Shown: piece after piece, positions 27,339 to 40,084 of the stretch | How positions within the stretch are numbered: position 1 is the first letter of the stretch | Layout of the letters: the number at the start of each line of letters is the position of its first letter | NCBI GenBank assembly: GCA_964016885.1 | Contig: OZ024743.1 | Location: forward strand, 199,640,001-199,704,000 | DNA: 64,000 nt | Reading direction: 5' to 3' | From: Eledone cirrhosa | Lineage: Eukaryota | The notes under the pieces: generated by a model | Told to the model about the DNA's origin: nothing | The model's database searches: none | Seen by the model: the letters and a program-made list of their open reading frames with translations, nothing else | Made by a program: the position numbers and the translations under genes

Positions 27339-27369
27339 ATATGTGTATATGTGTGTATATGTATGTGTA

Positions 27370-27407
<38 letters not shown>

Positions 27408-27429
27408 GATATGTACATGTGTATATATA

Positions 27430-27465
<36 letters not shown>

Positions 27466-27570
27466 CGTGTGTATGTATGAATATATGTATGTGTATATGT
27501 GTGTATATATATGTGTATGTGTGTGTAGGTGTACGCTCTTTATATATATATATGTGTATGTATGTGTATG

Positions 27571-27623
<53 letters not shown>

Positions 27624-27832
27624 GTATGTGTATGTGTATATGTGTATGCGTGCAAATTATATGTGTATATATGTGTGTGTGTGTAAGTATGCTTTTGGGT
27701 TTTTTTGTGTGTGTTTGCATGTGTAGTTTTATTTTATTTTATTTTTCCTTTCCTTCTCCCTTTTCCAGCCTCACTTTCATATAGATTGCATTTTCGTTTT
27801 TAGAATCCATATTCAATAAACAAACCAGGATT

Positions 27833-27892
27833 TTTCATTCTGAGGATTGAAAGCAAAACCTTTTGCTTTTAAGAAACCACTGGTAAATGGAA
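27833..27892 (+). ncRNA. Type I hammerhead ribozyme
   Basis: tttcatt CTGAGGA ttgaaagcaaaa-cc-ttttgcttttaa GAAA cc-act-gg TA aatggaa; long stem II; predicted cut after 27885. Confidence 0.88.
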
Positions 27893-27921
27893 TAATTGCC
27901 TTATGTTGTTTATTACATAAT

Positions 27922-27963
<42 letters not shown>

Positions 27964-27971
27964 ATCAATAC

Positions 27972-28606
<635 letters not shown>

Positions 28607-28853
28607 CTTTGTCATCTTATATATAGTTATTATTATTGTTGTTAAAGTAAAAATTAGAGGTTAACATGACATCCGTTTAATTGTCCAATATAGTAGCATT
28701 GTCCGATTCTGTGACACTGGAGAACTTCAGAAACCATTCATCATAAGGATTCATTTCACTTCTCACATCATACATGCATTGTGTTGTTCAGACAATTAAA
28801 CTACTCTTATTGTTATTGTTGCACTAGCCACTGTTGCGGCGGCTGTCACACTA

Positions 28854-28896
<43 letters not shown>

Positions 28897-29149
28897 TTTC
28901 TTTATTAACCACAAGGGTTTATATAAAGTAGACATTAAGGACAGTGCAGGACAATACAGGACGGTACAAATGGGCATTTCTGCGTGTAAAAAACAAAAAC
29001 AGAGGATGTAACAAAAAATATCAAAGAAAAATTCCCCAATAGGGGGGAGACTTCGGAGAGACATTTGTGGAGAAAGCCCAGTAAAAGGCCACAATGACCC
29101 TGACCACCAAGGCAAGTGCCCTCTCCCAGTTTTCCACCTTTAATTTACA

Positions 29150-32100
29150 GATATATACTCAGAGTAGGCCCATTCACTCGGGCCATTCTTGCTTCTCTCA
29201 CCCATCTTTCAACAAAATGCTGGGAAGAGAGCACTTCCCTCTCTACTCTGATTTTCCTTTTCAAATGAAATTTGAAAAAGTCAATCAGCGCATCACCGAA
29301 GAGGTAAGTGCTCGTCTTCAGCCCTTTCAAACGTGTCCACCATACTATCTCTTTCGCCATGGCCACCAGACAGATAAAAACTGCCTGCCCTTCCCGGCTA
29401 AAGGAGGAGGGCGGGGCAATCCTCATGATGGACTCAGATGATAGCCGGATCCGTCCTAAACGCGACAGCAGGTGTTCGACATAAACCCACATGTCAGAAA
29501 TTTTCGGACACTGGACGAGTGCGTGCAGGACGGTTTCGTCGCCCTGCGCGCATCTCGGACATGCCCGCTGACGGCACCTCCATGCCTGTAGAGTTTATCC
29601 CGAACTGGCAAGGCTCCTCGATAGCACTGCCAGGCCAGAGATTTCTGGAAGTTGTCCATAGGCCCCGGCCCGAAAATTCTTCCGAAGAGATTGGCTAGTT
29701 GATTTTCGTCGACGCCTAGAGTTTCCCCAAGTACGTCGTCGCTCTTCCCCTCCACTAATCCTCTATAGAACGCCGAGGTGGAGTTTCCACCGATCACATT
29801 GCCCGATTGGTCGAGGACTGTGAGCGCCTGAAGACATTCCAGTCTCCAGGCGCTCCCTCTCGGTCTTCGCTTGACCCAGGACTGCAGCTCCGTCAAGGAA
29901 ACGAGCTGGGGAAATACGTGTCTAGCAAACGGCGACCACACCTGATCACCGTCGAGGTAGAGGTGGAGATGTCGTAGCCTGAGCGCGTGCCTGCGCATCA
30001 TCAGCCACGGCATGCCCAGCCCTCCACGTAGCGGGTGTTGACAACAGATGGACCACCTGACCATCGGAGCGCGTCCCTTCCACAAAAAGCGAAAGAGCAA
30101 ACGCTCCAGCGCAGTCAGGCGAGGCTTAGGACCAGGTACGACGGTCAGGCGGTAGCAGATGACAGACGATGTAGGCATTAGCCACCTCCGCTCGACCTTT
30201 CAGGGATAGCTTCCACTCCGCCCATTTCTGGGTGAGAGAAGCCACCCTGCTCGTCACCTCGTCCCAGTTTTTGTCCGTCTGGCGGTCCGGACCGAACCAG
30301 ACCCCTAGCAATTTAACCGGTCCGTCCGTCCAGCGTCCGACGACGCTGTTGGACGGCATGGACCTGCCTCTTCAGGTGCCGAGCTGCAGGCCCACTGACT
30401 TTTCCTGGTTGATCATTGCTCCTGTCACCGCTTCGTATTCTCTTAGTGTAGTGCCGATCGCCTCGATGTGTTTGGCGTTCGACACCACTACGGTGACATC
30501 GTCCGCATATGCTGATACGGATATTCCGCATCCTAGTTCGCGCGGGACGCCCCTCAACGTCTCCAACTTGTGCAGTAATGGATCGAGAGTCAATACGTAC
30601 AAGAGGGACGAGAGGGGACATCCTTGGCGGACTGAGCGCATGATGTTGACCGGTTCCGAAAGGTGACCGTTCACTCTCACCACAGAACAGATGTCGCTGT
30701 GCATGGCAGCGATCCAGCCTCTGAAGACGGGCCCAAAACCAGCCGCCCTCAGGACTGCTGCTAGGTAACGATGGTAGACCCTATCGAAAGCTTTCGACTG
30801 ATCTAAATTGATCAAGGACCCACCCGTGCCAGGTTCCCTAGCTACCCTCTCTACGATGTATCGCATGAGGTGGAGGTTGTCGTGGATGGATCTGTCGGGA
30901 ATGGCGCATGTCTGCGCCTCTCCAAACAGACCACAAACGACAAGCGCCAACCTCTTTGCTAGCACCTTGGACAAAATCTTGAATTCTGTGTTTAGCAGAG
31001 TTATGGGCCGGAAATTATCTATGTTATCTCCCTTGTTCGGATCCTTTCTCAGCAGTGCCACCGCTCCTCGGCTCACAGAACTGGGAATTCTCCCGTTCTG
31101 TTGCCAGTTGCAGTAGACGTTCGCCAAGAGGCCTCCGAACAAGTCTGGCGTAAAGTTCATAGGGCAGACCACGTAAAGTTCATAGGGCAGACCATCCAAA
31201 CCAGGCAATTTACCCCTTGTGCAGCCAGTCATTGCCTCCCTTACCTCAGCGGCTGTTATCGGCTTTTCGCAACACTCCGCCTCAGTGGCCGAGAGCCGTG
31301 GCAGTCCGTCGAGGTAGACACTAAAGTCCATCCCTCGAACCGGCCCACCGCTGCCCCCGAACAGCTGAGTGAAGTGTCGCTGAAAAGCTTCACACATTTG
31401 CCCGGGATCGAGTAGCATGCGCCAGTCGTGGTCCACCAAAGACCGGATCTTGGCTTTGTTGCCACGACGCGCCTCCGCCACTCGGGCCCATTGAACGGCT
31501 TTCGTCCCCTCGTGTCTGAGAGCACGCACCCTAGCTCTGATAACGCAGACTTCGTGCTTTGCATTGAAGAATTGGTCAAGGGCCAATTTCGCCGCAAGCA
31601 CGTCGGTCACAATGCCTTTCTAACTAGTTCTCCCTCTGCTCTATTTTTCTCTATTGCTAAAGCCTTACTAAACCTAATGGATTCTATTCTAATCGCTCTT
31701 TTCAGAGCAAACCACCACTTGTTGTTGACGATGGCCCCCGTCAACGCCCGCTTAACTAATTCGCTAATCCTGTCTCTGTAGGCCTTGCGCGATGGTAAGG
31801 ACGCGTTTAGCTTCCAGTAGCCGGGTCCTCGTCTATAAAGCCTATCTAAGTCAAGCACACAGATCACGAATTCGTGGTCCGTGCAGCTGACTATCTTGAA
31901 TTGTGGACAGCCTATGCTAGACCTATCTATTTCCCTACAAAATACTCTATCTAGATGATCTGGATGACCCTATGCATTTCGTCCAAGTCCACATTGGCAC
32001 ATTCGGGAAATCCAATCGGTACCTGTCAGACAGTTCAAAACGCCTGAGCAGGTTGGTGAGGCTCTTGCACCCTCCACCCCTATCCGCTAATCCCACACAG

Positions 32101-32205
32101 TCCCAGCGTGCATCTAAGATCCCGTTCCAGTCGCCCACTAACACTAAAGAGCGGGACGTTCCAAGAAAGGTCTCCAGACGCCGGAAGAAATCAGGCCGCC
32201 CTGCT
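29150..32205 (-). pseudogene. LINE ORF2 (AP endonuclease remnant, reverse transcriptase, C-terminal domain), multiply frameshifted
   Basis: LVGDWN, WTW, GPGYWKLNASL, PGLDGL, FRPITLLN, DQSKAFDRV, RQGCPLS, YADD, KLLGVWFG, RGGLGMP. Confidence 0.92.
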
Positions 32206-34052
32206 CCTGTAGTTTCTTGTTGTGTGTATTTATTGCTGTGCATTTGTTTTTCTGGGGGTGGGGTGTGTTTCTGCTATTTTCTTGTCGTTTTAGCTGGGTG
32301 TGTGTGTTTTGTTGTTGTGTTTGCGATGTTGGTGCTTGTGGTGGTGGTGTTGAAGGTGTTGTTGTTGTTGGCGGCGGGGTTGTCACCGGTGGTGATGGTG
32401 GTGCTAGTGTGGGTGGTGATGGTGTTGGTGGTGTTGCTGCTATGAGTCTCTTTTCAGTAGCCTTTACCCTTTTTTCATTTCTTTCCTCCCTTTTCGAAGG
32501 CGACGATGCGCTGCTTCTGCGTTTGTGCCTTCTTACGACCTTTTGCCATCCCTCTCCCACCTCACACTCCATGTCTGATTCTGTGAGGTCGGGGAGGGGT
32601 ACCAGCTCCACTCTTTCACTTGTTGTTGGTGATGTTTGCACTGGAGTCTCTGTTGCAGCTGCATTTGGTATTGCTGTTGTCGTTGTTAATACTTCCACTG
32701 CTGCTGCTGTTTTTGATTTCCGTGGCGTGGGTATGGGTGCCACGGACCTATCGTTCCTGGTTGCCGCTTGTCCTGTTGCTGGTAGCCGTGGAGCTGGTTT
32801 CGGAAGGAGGGGGGTTTTCTCCTTTCTCAGGGTCTTCTCGTTGCAGAAGACCCTGAGGTGAGTCTTCGATCCACAGCGAAAGCATTTCGGGCGTTTGCCC
32901 TCAACACTTATGGGCAGTTGAGTGCCGTTATCGAAGTCTATCACATCCGGGATAGCCTCGATGTACTCCTGGTTGGTTTGGATTAGCATCTCAATGGAGG
33001 TGCCGACCCAATCTTCTCTTACTTTTTTCTGTACTTGCAGTACAGTTGTTTTGTCCTCTATTCCGACGAGGACAGACGCGGTCAGCCAAGAAGGGGCCAT
33101 CCCGGGGGGGGGGGGGGACGTGGGTCAGTTTGACCCTCACAATTTTTTGCTCGCAGTAGGAGGGCACCAACACCATTTCCTCGCTCCTTAGGGTCACTAA
33201 GGATTGATCCTTTGCCTCCTGGGGTGTGGCAAAAAGTACGTGTACGGTGGCATATTTTTTGCCTCGGGTGATGTGCGTTTTCCGCTGCCACACAGACCCC
33301 AAGGCTTTTTGTATTTGAGCCTCTGTGGCTCTTTCAACCCTACGGGATTTTGTACTTACTGTACGGTACGTGACCGTACAGTGCTGTTGGGTTTCGAAAC
33401 ATTTTTCCGCTGCCTTGCAGATTGCTCGGTGTCCAGTTTTTGTCACCATCTTCTTCGCTTCCTATAATTCCTCATTTGTTATGAGGATCGTTTCCAGGTT
33501 CTTTGCGATACCTGCAAACGAGATTGGTTTTTCTTTGCTGCTGTTGTTGTTGTTGTTGACGTCAGAGCTGCTGTTACTTTTGTTGTTGCTGCAGGTACTA
33601 CGACTACTGCCGCCGCCGCTGTTGCTGTGGTTGTTGTTGTTGTTGCTGCTGCTAATGCTGTTGTTGTTTATGCTGCTGCTGATGCTGTTGCGGCTGCTAC
33701 TGTTGTTTTCATTGTCACTGTTGCTGTTGTTATTACGGCTGCTACTGCTATTATTCCTGACGTCATACGAATGAAATGGGTTTTCGTATTTCCCGCACAC
33801 CTGTTTCGTCGTTGTCGTCGTCGTCGTGGAGAAATCTTGCACGCTTTGCACGAGACTTTTCTTTTCTGTCGTCGCCTGCGAAAGAGAAGGGAGGGAGAGA
33901 GACACATTTAAAGAAGGGAGGGAGAGAGACAATCTTCTCTCTGCTGTAGTGACGATTGAGGAAGAAGAAGACGGAATGAGTGGGAGTGACCTATGAAAAT
34001 TCTTTTTCGTAGCCATGTTGTTATTTTTGTTTAAAATAAATATTGGGCACAA
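32144..34052 (-). pseudogene. LINE ORF1 (nucleic-acid-binding protein)
   Basis: ORFs 33462-34052 and 32991-33449 share a frame separated by one TAG; frameshift in the G-run near 33103-33117; CFRCGSKTHLRVFC (CX2CX4HX4C); GEGWQKV...R basic motif. Confidence 0.8.
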
Positions 34053-34231
34053 AACCCCAATAAGCAGTTATTTAACCCGAAGGGCCAAATAACGGGCAGA
34101 AAGACCCCTCTCACGAGGAGGAGGGTGTTTTTGTCTACAAGTTGGTTAAAGTTTTAAACAATTTACAATTGTTATAGCGGTCAAAATTTACAATACCTTA
34201 CAGAGCCGAGCCTCCGTCAACCATAGCATTC

Positions 34232-34328
<97 letters not shown>

Positions 34329-34338
34329 GTTGTTATTA

Positions 34339-35746
34339 CACTTTGAGTCTCAGTCATTGATGTTAGTTAACTGGAAAGTTTGTTGAAATGAATATCAAGC
34401 CACTACCTGCAGCCTCAGTTATTCAGGACGTATCGGAGGGTTCTTGCTGTTCCCAGCAAGCATGCCTTTTGAAGCGTTCCAAAAAGCGTGAAGGGGCCAA
34501 TTTTCTTTAACCATCCCTGGAAACGTTTTGAGATAGTCCCTAGTGCGCCTATGACAATCGGGATCACTTTGACTTCATGGCAGTTCCAAATCCTTTTTAC
34601 CTCCCACTTCAAGTCCTGGTATCGGTTAATTTTCTCCCTCTCCCTCTCTTGCACTCTCGTGTCGAATGGGCAGGCCACATCCACAATCAGACACGATCTT
34701 TTTTCTTTGTCCACAACCACCAGGTCAGGTCTATTGTGTTCCAGTTTCTTGTCCGTCTGTATCCTAAAATCCCACAGCACCTTCACTTGATCGTTTTCTA
34801 TCACCGCCTCTGGCTTATGCTCATACCACTTCTCAGAATGTGGTAAATTGTTTACTTTGCATAGGTGCCAGTGGATCACCCTGCCCATCACATCATGTCT
34901 CCAGCCCTTATAGTGAGTCTGGGCTAGGTGTTTACACTCGGATACAATGCGAGCCACAGTCACCTCTCTCTCTCCACATATCCTGCACAGTGGGCTAGCC
35001 TCCTCCTTGTAAATATGGTGTTTCAACCACTTCGTTTTGAGGGCCTGCTCCTGCACAGCCATTAACATTCCTTCTGTAGCCTTTTTAAGGTCTCCTCTTT
35101 TCAACCAGTTCCATGTCTGTGGATCTCTAAATTCAGTTTTCTCAAAGAAGGTACTATGAAGGGATTTTTCCTGAAGGCTGCTCTTTCTCCTTGATGTTAT
35201 TTCCTCCTTGGACATCCCCTGGCCTATTGTCCCCTCCTTCAGTACAGTTCTGAGCATTGGCTCTTTACTATCAGTCACGTATTTGTGTAGGTTGTTTTTC
35301 TCCATCTGAACACAGTCCTCTATGCTGATAAGACCTCTTCCACCTTCAGATCTCCTTAAGTAGAGTCTATCGACATCACTCCTCTTGTGGAACATGTTGT
35401 AGATAGTCAATAGCTTCCTAGTCTTCCTATCCATTTCTTTTTGTTCAGCAACATTCCATCTCAGAATTCCCGCACTGTACCTAATAATAGACACAGCTCT
35501 GGAATTTACTGCACTTATGGCATTCCTACTGTTCAGATGTGACTTTAATACGCTCCTTACTCTCCGAAGGTATTCAGTTCTTATCAATTCCTTCATTTTT
35601 TTGTTCTTGATGTCATCAGCCTCCAGAACGCCCAAATACTTGTATCCCTCTTCAGAGTCAATTTCCTTTATCATCTCACCTGTTGGTACCTGGATTCTGT
35701 TACTTCTGCTCAACTTATCCCTCTTCATCACAATGACTCCACACTT
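34339..35746 (-). mobile_element. 5'-truncated R4/Dong-like non-LTR retrotransposon with restriction-like endonuclease
   Basis: RT C-terminus, knuckle and PD-(D/E)xK domain; short 3' UTR ending in (TAA)n; 5' end abuts (GAA)n. Confidence 0.85.
34415..35746 (-). CDS. RT C-terminus, zinc knuckle and restriction-like endonuclease (partial, open, about 443 aa)
   Basis: YKYLGV, GGRGL, CRICG..VARIVSEC, RHD, RPDLVV..IVDVACP, EKINRYQDL, PIVIGALG; the poly-R N-terminus in the track is microsatellite. Confidence 0.88.
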   Translation of the reverse strand, partial: KCGVIVMKRDKLSRSNRIQVPTGEMIKEIDSEEGYKYLGVLEADDIKNKKMKELIRTEYLRRVRSVLKSHLNSRNAISAVNSRAVSIIRYSAGILRWNVAEQKEMDRKTRKLLTIYNMFHKRSDVDRLYLRRSEGGRGLISIEDCVQMEKNNLHKYVTDSKEPMLRTVLKEGTIGQGMSKEEITSRRKSSLQEKSLHSTFFEKTEFRDPQTWNWLKRGDLKKATEGMLMAVQEQALKTKWLKHHIYKEEASPLCRICGEREVTVARIVSECKHLAQTHYKGWRHDVMGRVIHWHLCKVNNLPHSEKWYEHKPEAVIENDQVKVLWDFRIQTDKKLEHNRPDLVVVDKEKRSCLIVDVACPFDTRVQEREREKINRYQDLKWEVKRIWNCHEVKVIPIVIGALGTISKRFQGWLKKIGPFTLFGTLQKACLLGTARTLRYVLNN

Positions 35747-35907
35747 TCTTCTTCTTCTTCTTCTTCTTCTTCTTCTTCTTCTTCTTCTTCTTCTTCTTCT
35801 TCTTCTTCTTCTTCTTCTTCTTCTTCTTCTTCTTCTTCTTCTTCTTCTTCTTCTTCTTCTTCTTCTTCTTCTTCTTCTTCTTCTTCTTCTTCTTCTTCTT
35901 CTTCTTC
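35746..35907. repeat. (TTC)n microsatellite, about 54 units
   Basis: Pure ttc tract. Confidence 0.95.
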
Positions 35908-35961
35908 CCACAATCATAGCCATTATCATCAGCCTCATCATTATCATCTTCTTCACCATCA

Positions 35962-36152
35962 GCGGTGAATTGGCAGTATCGGTAGAGGTTCGGACGCCAT
36001 GCTTTGATGTATAGAGTTACGGCTCTTGCCATTCTGAGTTCAAATCCCGCCGAGGTTAACTTTGCCTTTTATCCTTACGGGGTCGATAAAATAAAGTACC
36101 AGTAATGCATTGGGTAATTGCTGGCTTTGTGCCAAGAGTAGAAACAATTATT
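35962..36152 (+). mobile_element. Full-length tRNA-SINE
   Basis: gcggtgaattggcagtatcggtag (A-box), gagttcaaatccc (B-box), complete body and att tail. Confidence 0.9.
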
Positions 36153-36387
36153 ACTGTTGTTGTTGTTGTTGCTGCCATTTCTGTTCTGTGTGTGTATGTG
36201 TGTGCTTCTGTGTATGTGTGCATGCGCGTGTGTGCTTTTCACTTCGCTTCTAGCACTTTCATCCTATATTTCTATTGAACTTTCTTTCTTCATTTCTTCT
36301 GTTGATGCTATCTCTATTGTTCTCTATTTCAGTAACATGTTTAGGTCAGGCCTTTTTCTACACAAAATCTTGCATCGTCTCGTTCCT

Positions 36388-36817
36388 CCCTCTCTCTTCA
36401 CACTAACTCCTCTTTCTTCTCAGCCCTCAACCTTGTCTAATTCTCCCCCTCTCTTCACACTAACCCCTCTTTCTTCTCAGCCCACAACCTTGTCTAATTC
36501 TCCCCCTCTCTTCGCACTAACCCCTCTTTCTTCTCAGCCCTCAACCTTGTCTAGTTCTCCCCCCCCTCTCTTCACACTATCCCCTCTTTTTTCTCACCCC
36601 TCAAACTTGTCTAACTCTCCCCCTCTCTTCACACTAGCCCCTCTTTCTTCTCAGCCCTCAACTTTGTCTAATTCTCCCCCTCTCTCTTCCTACTAACCCC
36701 TCTTTCTTCTCAGCCCTTAACCATGTCTAATTCTCCCCCTCTGTTCATACTAACACCTCTTTCTTCTCAGCCCTCAGCCTTGTCTAATTCACCCCCTCTC
36801 TTCACACTAACCCCTCT
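36388..36817. repeat. 57-bp minisatellite, about 7.5 copies
   Basis: Unit ctcttcacactaacccctctttcttctcagccctcaaccttgtctaattctccccct; appears as a 19-aa period in ORF 36157-36696. Confidence 0.9.
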
Positions 36818-36830
36818 AGGTAAGTAAAGA

Positions 36831-36960
36831 TTTGGCAGAAATATTAAAATTTGGTGAAGAATGTTTCGTAGAATTCGTTGCGGCTCTATACTTACTGAGT
36901 TCAAATCCCTCCGAAATCAACTCTGCCTTTTATCCTCCAGAGGTCGATAAATAAAGTATT
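36831..36960 (+). mobile_element. Degenerate tRNA-SINE
   Basis: ctgagttcaaatccc...gtcgataaataaagta. Confidence 0.65.
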
Positions 36961-37289
36961 CGCGTTAATTCTCTTATCTCTCTCACTCTCCTCCCTCTTT
37001 CTCCCCCCCCCTCTCTCTCTCTCTCTCTCAAAGTAATCGGCTGTGTTCAGATCTGGAGAAGGATGATTTAAATGCTTCCTACGCCACCATCATGAGGTTA
37101 TGACGTATAGAAGGAAAGATAATGGAAAGTAGTAGTCGTCATTGTTATTGCTGCCGTGGTCCTCGTCCTGTTAGGGAATTGGTATCGATAGAACTAAGGA
37201 ATTACTATTATTTCTCGATGAAACATCTAATGCTTTCTTCTTTGACAATTGTAGAAATATCGATATGCGGGCTACCTATATATATATAT

Positions 37290-37496
37290 AGGAAAATGTT
37301 CAAGACCCCGACGGTAGAGCTCAGGCCGTTTCGACGGCTATTTCTGTACTTGAAATAGCCGACGAAATGGCCTGAGCTCTGCCGTCGGGGTCTTGAACAT
37401 TTTCCTATTACCTATTACCCACTCTACTACCCTAAGTATTGAGTATTCTGGTGCGTTATGGTCCATCTGGTTCCTTACCACACTTTCTTCGTTATA
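37290..37496 (+). mobile_element. PLE-type terminal fragment folded back at HHR stem II
   Basis: Palindrome 37290-37407 centred on cggctatttc-tgtactt-gaaatagccg; same family as 11901-12086. Confidence 0.65.
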
Positions 37497-37719
37497 AATA
37501 TATATATATATATATATATATTTATTCAGGTTTGAGGTTCACCACTGGATAGAGCTGGTCAATTCCGTATGGTCAATCTCAATGTAATAATATAGAGAGT
37601 ACTCAACGTAAAGCAGTTCAACCGTCTTTGTTTTTGAAGTTGGTGGTGCTATTACGGAGTTAAATATTATAATGAAATGACAGGAGGCTGGATTTGTGTA
37701 AATCCTTGAAAGGTTTATT

Positions 37720-37777
37720 ATACTATGATCATTTCAATGACCGGGTTCCGTATGAATCCGGTGATATCATCAGGTAT
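37720..37777 (-). ncRNA. Minimal type I hammerhead ribozyme
   Basis: - strand: atac CTGATGA tatcaccggattc-atacg-gaacccggtcatt GAAA tgatca TA gtat; palindromic TGATCA; base of stem II imperfect. Confidence 0.75.
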
Positions 37778-38603
37778 TCGAAATATAATACGTGAATGTA
37801 ATAGATAAAATCCATGGGGCTGAAAATCAAAGACCCGAGGGCGACCGCCATCCAGCATCTTCTACCTTTGCCGGTCGTCCTCGAGTGACGTGGCTAAACC
37901 TTACAGTGTGCTACTACCGGTCAAATAAAGGAAAACAGAAAGGGATAGGAACATAAGTTAGCGTTAATATCATACCACAAGAAAAAAGAAAGAAAGAAAG
38001 AAAGAAGAGAGAAGAAGGGGGAAGGAAGAAGAAGAGAAGCCAGAGTTAATGTCAGCTATAAGAAGAAAGACAGAAAAAAAGAGGAGGAACGGTCGGTAAT
38101 ATAGTCAGGCCAGGTGTCGCGAAAAACTTTTTTATCCTAAGGGACCCGTATCTTAACAACTACTACCGGTCAAATATAGGCAAACAAAAAGGGGAAGGAA
38201 GATAAGTCAGCGAGAGGAAGACAGAAAGAAGGGAGAAGAGAAGGAAGAAAAGGAAGAAGTAGAAAAGTCAGGGTTGATGGCTACAAGAAGAAAGATAGAA
38301 AGAAAGAGTAAGAAAGGTCGATATTAATGTCAGAGTACAGTCAGGCCAGGAGTGGCGCGAAAGAAATTTTCACAGGGACCCGTATCTTAGCAGAGGTAAA
38401 TATAGTGGGGTTCAGTGTGTTATAATGTGTGAGCAGAAGATTGGAACGTTACGTTTTTGTTTAGACTTATAGGATGAAGTTAAAAAATTAATATTTAATA
38501 TTAAAGAAATTAGAAAATTTAAAGTTAAACAGTTTAACATTTTTAGGGTTGCGAGGTTTAAGCAAAGAAAGAGTATTTTATGAAGACACTTAAATTGTAT
38601 TAT

Positions 38604-38788
38604 GTGGATTGGCAGTATCGGTAGAGGGTCGGACGCCATGCTTTCCAGCATAGTTACGTCCCTTTACGATCTGAGTTCAAATCCCGCCGAGGTTGACTTT
38701 GCCTTTCATCCTTACGGGGTCGATAAAATAAAGTACCAGTAATGCACTGGGTAATTGCTGGCCTTGTGTCAAAAGTAGAAACAATTAT
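38604..38788 (+). mobile_element. tRNA-SINE nested in the 37.5-40.3 kb element
   Basis: Full A-box, B-box and body; preceded by aattgtattatgt, also seen uninterrupted at about 39453-39465. Confidence 0.88.
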
Positions 38789-40049
38789 AGAGTAAAGATT
38801 ATGTCTTTGTTTAGCCGTCAAACAGCATGCGGCGACTACAAGCTAGGGCAGCCCCTCACTCCGAGTGATATCGCCTAGCGAAAGATATGGAAATCGATTT
38901 TTCCGAGCACTCTAGGAATGTATAACAGGCTTCAGTGGCACCAGCATGAAGTCATCCCGCATCATTAGGCCATTCTTGTACAAAACCAGTACTATTCCTT
39001 TACCCAGGGGGGAGGGGGGGTTCTTAAGTAGAGGGAGGCGTGATATATCTAATAGTTCTGATTTGATCTGTAATTTAAAGGTACTATATGGCGGTTAAAA
39101 AATCAGCTGCGCGCCGGGCCCCTGGGGCGAATCAAGCCACTCCGAGTAGTTTCATTTACCGAAAGAAGGGGAAATTTATTTTTCCAAGCACTCAAGGTAG
39201 GCCTATGCGCCAGGGGGCCGGTCCCGCCGCCAGGAAAACCAACCCAACAGTCCGACAGAAATTTGGAACGTTAAAATATTGTTTAAATTTATAGGATGAA
39301 GTTGAAAGAATTCAGAATAACATTATAAAATTAAAGAGTAAGAAGATTGAGAATTAAACAAACAGAAATTTGAAAATTAAACATTTAAAAAAACTTTTTA
39401 AGGTTTGGGGTTGCGGGGTTTATTTAAAGAGAGTCTTTTATGAAGAAACGTTAATTGTATTATGTAGATCTTCTATAAGCTATCCTAGTGGGATGTAGAG
39501 TAAGGGATATAGTTGGGTAATATTTATTTTTGTTCGCAGTGGGAGACATTCTAGTGTCGTGTGCTAATGGGTACAAGTGAGCAAAAGTCCCCATAAGAGG
39601 AGTAGAAATACATGGATACATAGAAGTGGAATACGTGGAAAAGCACATTAATAAAGCAAAGGTATAAATATATAAATATATAAATAAACCAACAAGAGTG
39701 GTGGTGGAGTAAGATGGGGAAATCAAGACATAGGAGAAATACAATATAGTTCAGGTTGCAGTATTTATGTTCCCAGGAGGAGACATTCCAGGGTCGTGTG
39801 CACGCAAAAGTCCCAATAAGAGGAGTAGAAATACATGGATGTATAGAAGTAGAATACGTGGAAAAAGCATTAATACAGCAAAGGTATAAAGATATAAAGA
39901 TATAAATAAACAAACAAGAGTGGTGGTGGAGTAAATGGAGAGATCAAGACACAGGAGGAATACAATATAGTTCAAGTTGCAGTCAGATAATGCATATAGA
40001 TGTGGAAATGGAATCAGTGTGTGTTCGAGTCTGAGAATTCTGTGTGAGT

Positions 40050-40084
<35 letters not shown>

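Larger units (their letters stand above)
22025..27926 (-). mobile_element. 5'-truncated PLE (Naiad-like) with a 2.7-kb inverted arm forming a 5.8-kb palindrome
   Basis: 22091-24812 is a near-perfect reverse complement of 25193-27926; main copy on - runs from 25166 to about 22025. Confidence 0.92.
28895..34231 (-). mobile_element. Tx1/L1-clade LINE, near full length and decayed, within (AAT)n
   Basis: ORF1 with CCHC knuckle, ORF2 APE-RT fragments, (AAT)n tracts at 28852-28894 and 34232-34293. Confidence 0.9.

Noticed and set aside
29094-33911. Long + strand ORFs overlapping the LINE
   Set aside because: Antisense shadows of GC-rich LINE coding sequence with no independent motifs
35747-35959. 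Poly-arginine N-terminus of the 514-aa ORF
   Set aside because: Read-through of the (GAA)n tract next to a 5'-truncated element
36388-36817. Regular repeat array considered as CRISPR-like or coding
   Set aside because: Contiguous 57-bp units without unique spacers in eukaryotic context; ordinary minisatellite
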